Shown here in pieces: positions 62,896 to 64,000 of a stretch of DNA of 64,000 bases; within the stretch, counting starts at the first letter, position 1, and each line of letters starts with the position of its first letter. The DNA comes from an uncultured Planctomycetota bacterium (GTDB lineage Bacteria; Planctomycetota; Planctomycetia; Isosphaerales; Isosphaeraceae). A program made the position numbers and the translations under genes. The notes below the pieces were generated by a model that was given only the letters and a program-made list of their open reading frames with translations, was not told the DNA's origin and searched no databases. The stretch spans positions 608,001-672,000 of the forward strand of contig CAWGMQ010000008.1 of the NCBI GenBank assembly GCA_963823665.1, given 5' to 3'.

Positions 62896-64000
62896 TTAGC
62901 GGGTCAAGTTCAGTTCGTAGTTGATCCGGTGTTGCGGAACGTTTACTCCGCCCGGCGAAAACGGGGCCGTGATGGTGGCGCGATTCCCGTTTACGCGATA
63001 CTCGAATGGCTTCCCCGTCGCGCTATCGAGCGGCACTGGGGCTTCGGTGATCTCCTCCAATCGCGAAGGGAGCTTGCCGTGAACCGCAGCATAAAGCCGG
63101 ACGGCCTCGATGCTCTGAATCGCGTCCAGCCGCCGCTCCGATAAGGCCAGACTGAGCCCACACGACCGCACTGCGGGAATCAGCATGGTGAAGAGCTTGT
63201 AGAGATACTTCCCCTCCGTACGGCTCCGGTTATCGGCCGTCCATTCGTCCATACCATGGTAGCCCTGATAAAACGGCAGGCTCGTCCACTTGAAGAAATC
63301 GTCCCGATACTTCTCATACTCACGAAACGTGTGCAAGGCGGCAACCTGCACCGCCGGCATCGCCTCCACCTGCTCCGCCGGCCTGCCCCTGCGCGATGAG
63401 CGCCCGCTTGGCCTCCGGATAAGCCTGCAAAACCAGCGCCGCCATCCCCATTTTGTATTTCCAGTCCCGGAAGCCGGATCCATCGGCCCCATCCGCAATT
63501 TCGGCGAGGTGGAACAGCTTCCGTTGCAGCTCGGCCGTGAATTCCCGTGCCTTTGCAACGCTCCACGGCGGGCCATCAAGCTCACGCAGCGACGGGATCT
63601 CATTCTCCAGTAGAAAACGCTCGTTCTCGAATCCGGCCGAAAAGTCCAAGAGCGGCCGCGGCCGGTGCGCCAGCGCCCAGTAGAGGCTCGGCGCGCCGGG
63701 TGCCTGGATCAGGTCCTCCAGCGGCCTGCACATCACCTGGCACAGGTGTACGCCGATCAGCGCCTGGATGATCAGCGGGCCCTCGCTGACATGCCGCGCC
63801 ACCGCGAATCCTGCCTGGATCCAGTGCATGGCTTCATCGAGATTCCCCTCGAGGATCGCCAGCCGCGCCCGCAGCGACACCAGCCAGATCAGCGACCGCA
63901 TCTGCTGGATTTCCTCGATCAACAGATCAACGGTTTCTTCTCGTTGCTCGAAGCCCCAGTCGCATGTCTGGCGCCGTGCCCCCATCTCGATCTCGCGAAG
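62896..64000 (-). CDS. Conserved planctomycete hypothetical helical protein (partial; apparent frameshift ~63390)
   Basis: LRARLAI...PLIIQALIG...PSLYWAL...IEAVRLYAA..GKLP..L...P.D..TGKPFEY. Confidence 0.75.

Noticed and set aside
1..64000. tRNA, rRNA, riboswitch or prophage structural genes
   Set aside because: None recognised by eye; an Infernal/tRNAscan search would be needed to exclude small RNAs in the larger intergenic gaps.

Overview
This is a GC-rich bacterial chromosomal window, almost certainly from a planctomycete (DUF1549/DUF1553, DUF1501, two DUF1559 genes, a LEPRxLL-type N-terminus, planctomycete ECF sigma/Ser-Thr kinase modules, Uma2 paralogs). Most of it is housekeeping and catabolic genes: putA, a hydroxyproline catabolic set, typA, otsA, cls, gluQ, fdxA and a sugar isomerase/oxidoreductase cluster. 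Accessory DNA is interspersed: (1) a complete ~2.0 kb group II intron (4653-6651, minus strand) inserted into one arm of a 9-bp-periodic, AAC...GTT-bounded inverted-repeat element; (2) a restriction endonuclease-NACHT fusion gene next to it; (3) an ABC-type ATPase + TOPRIM-like DUF4276 pair; (4) an HTH cassette splitting an ECF sigma from a kinase; (5) several REP-like repeat families, one read in-frame inside a GT87 gene. At least ten genes have apparent frameshifts, most likely long-read indel errors. All calls come from motif recognition by eye; no database searches were run.
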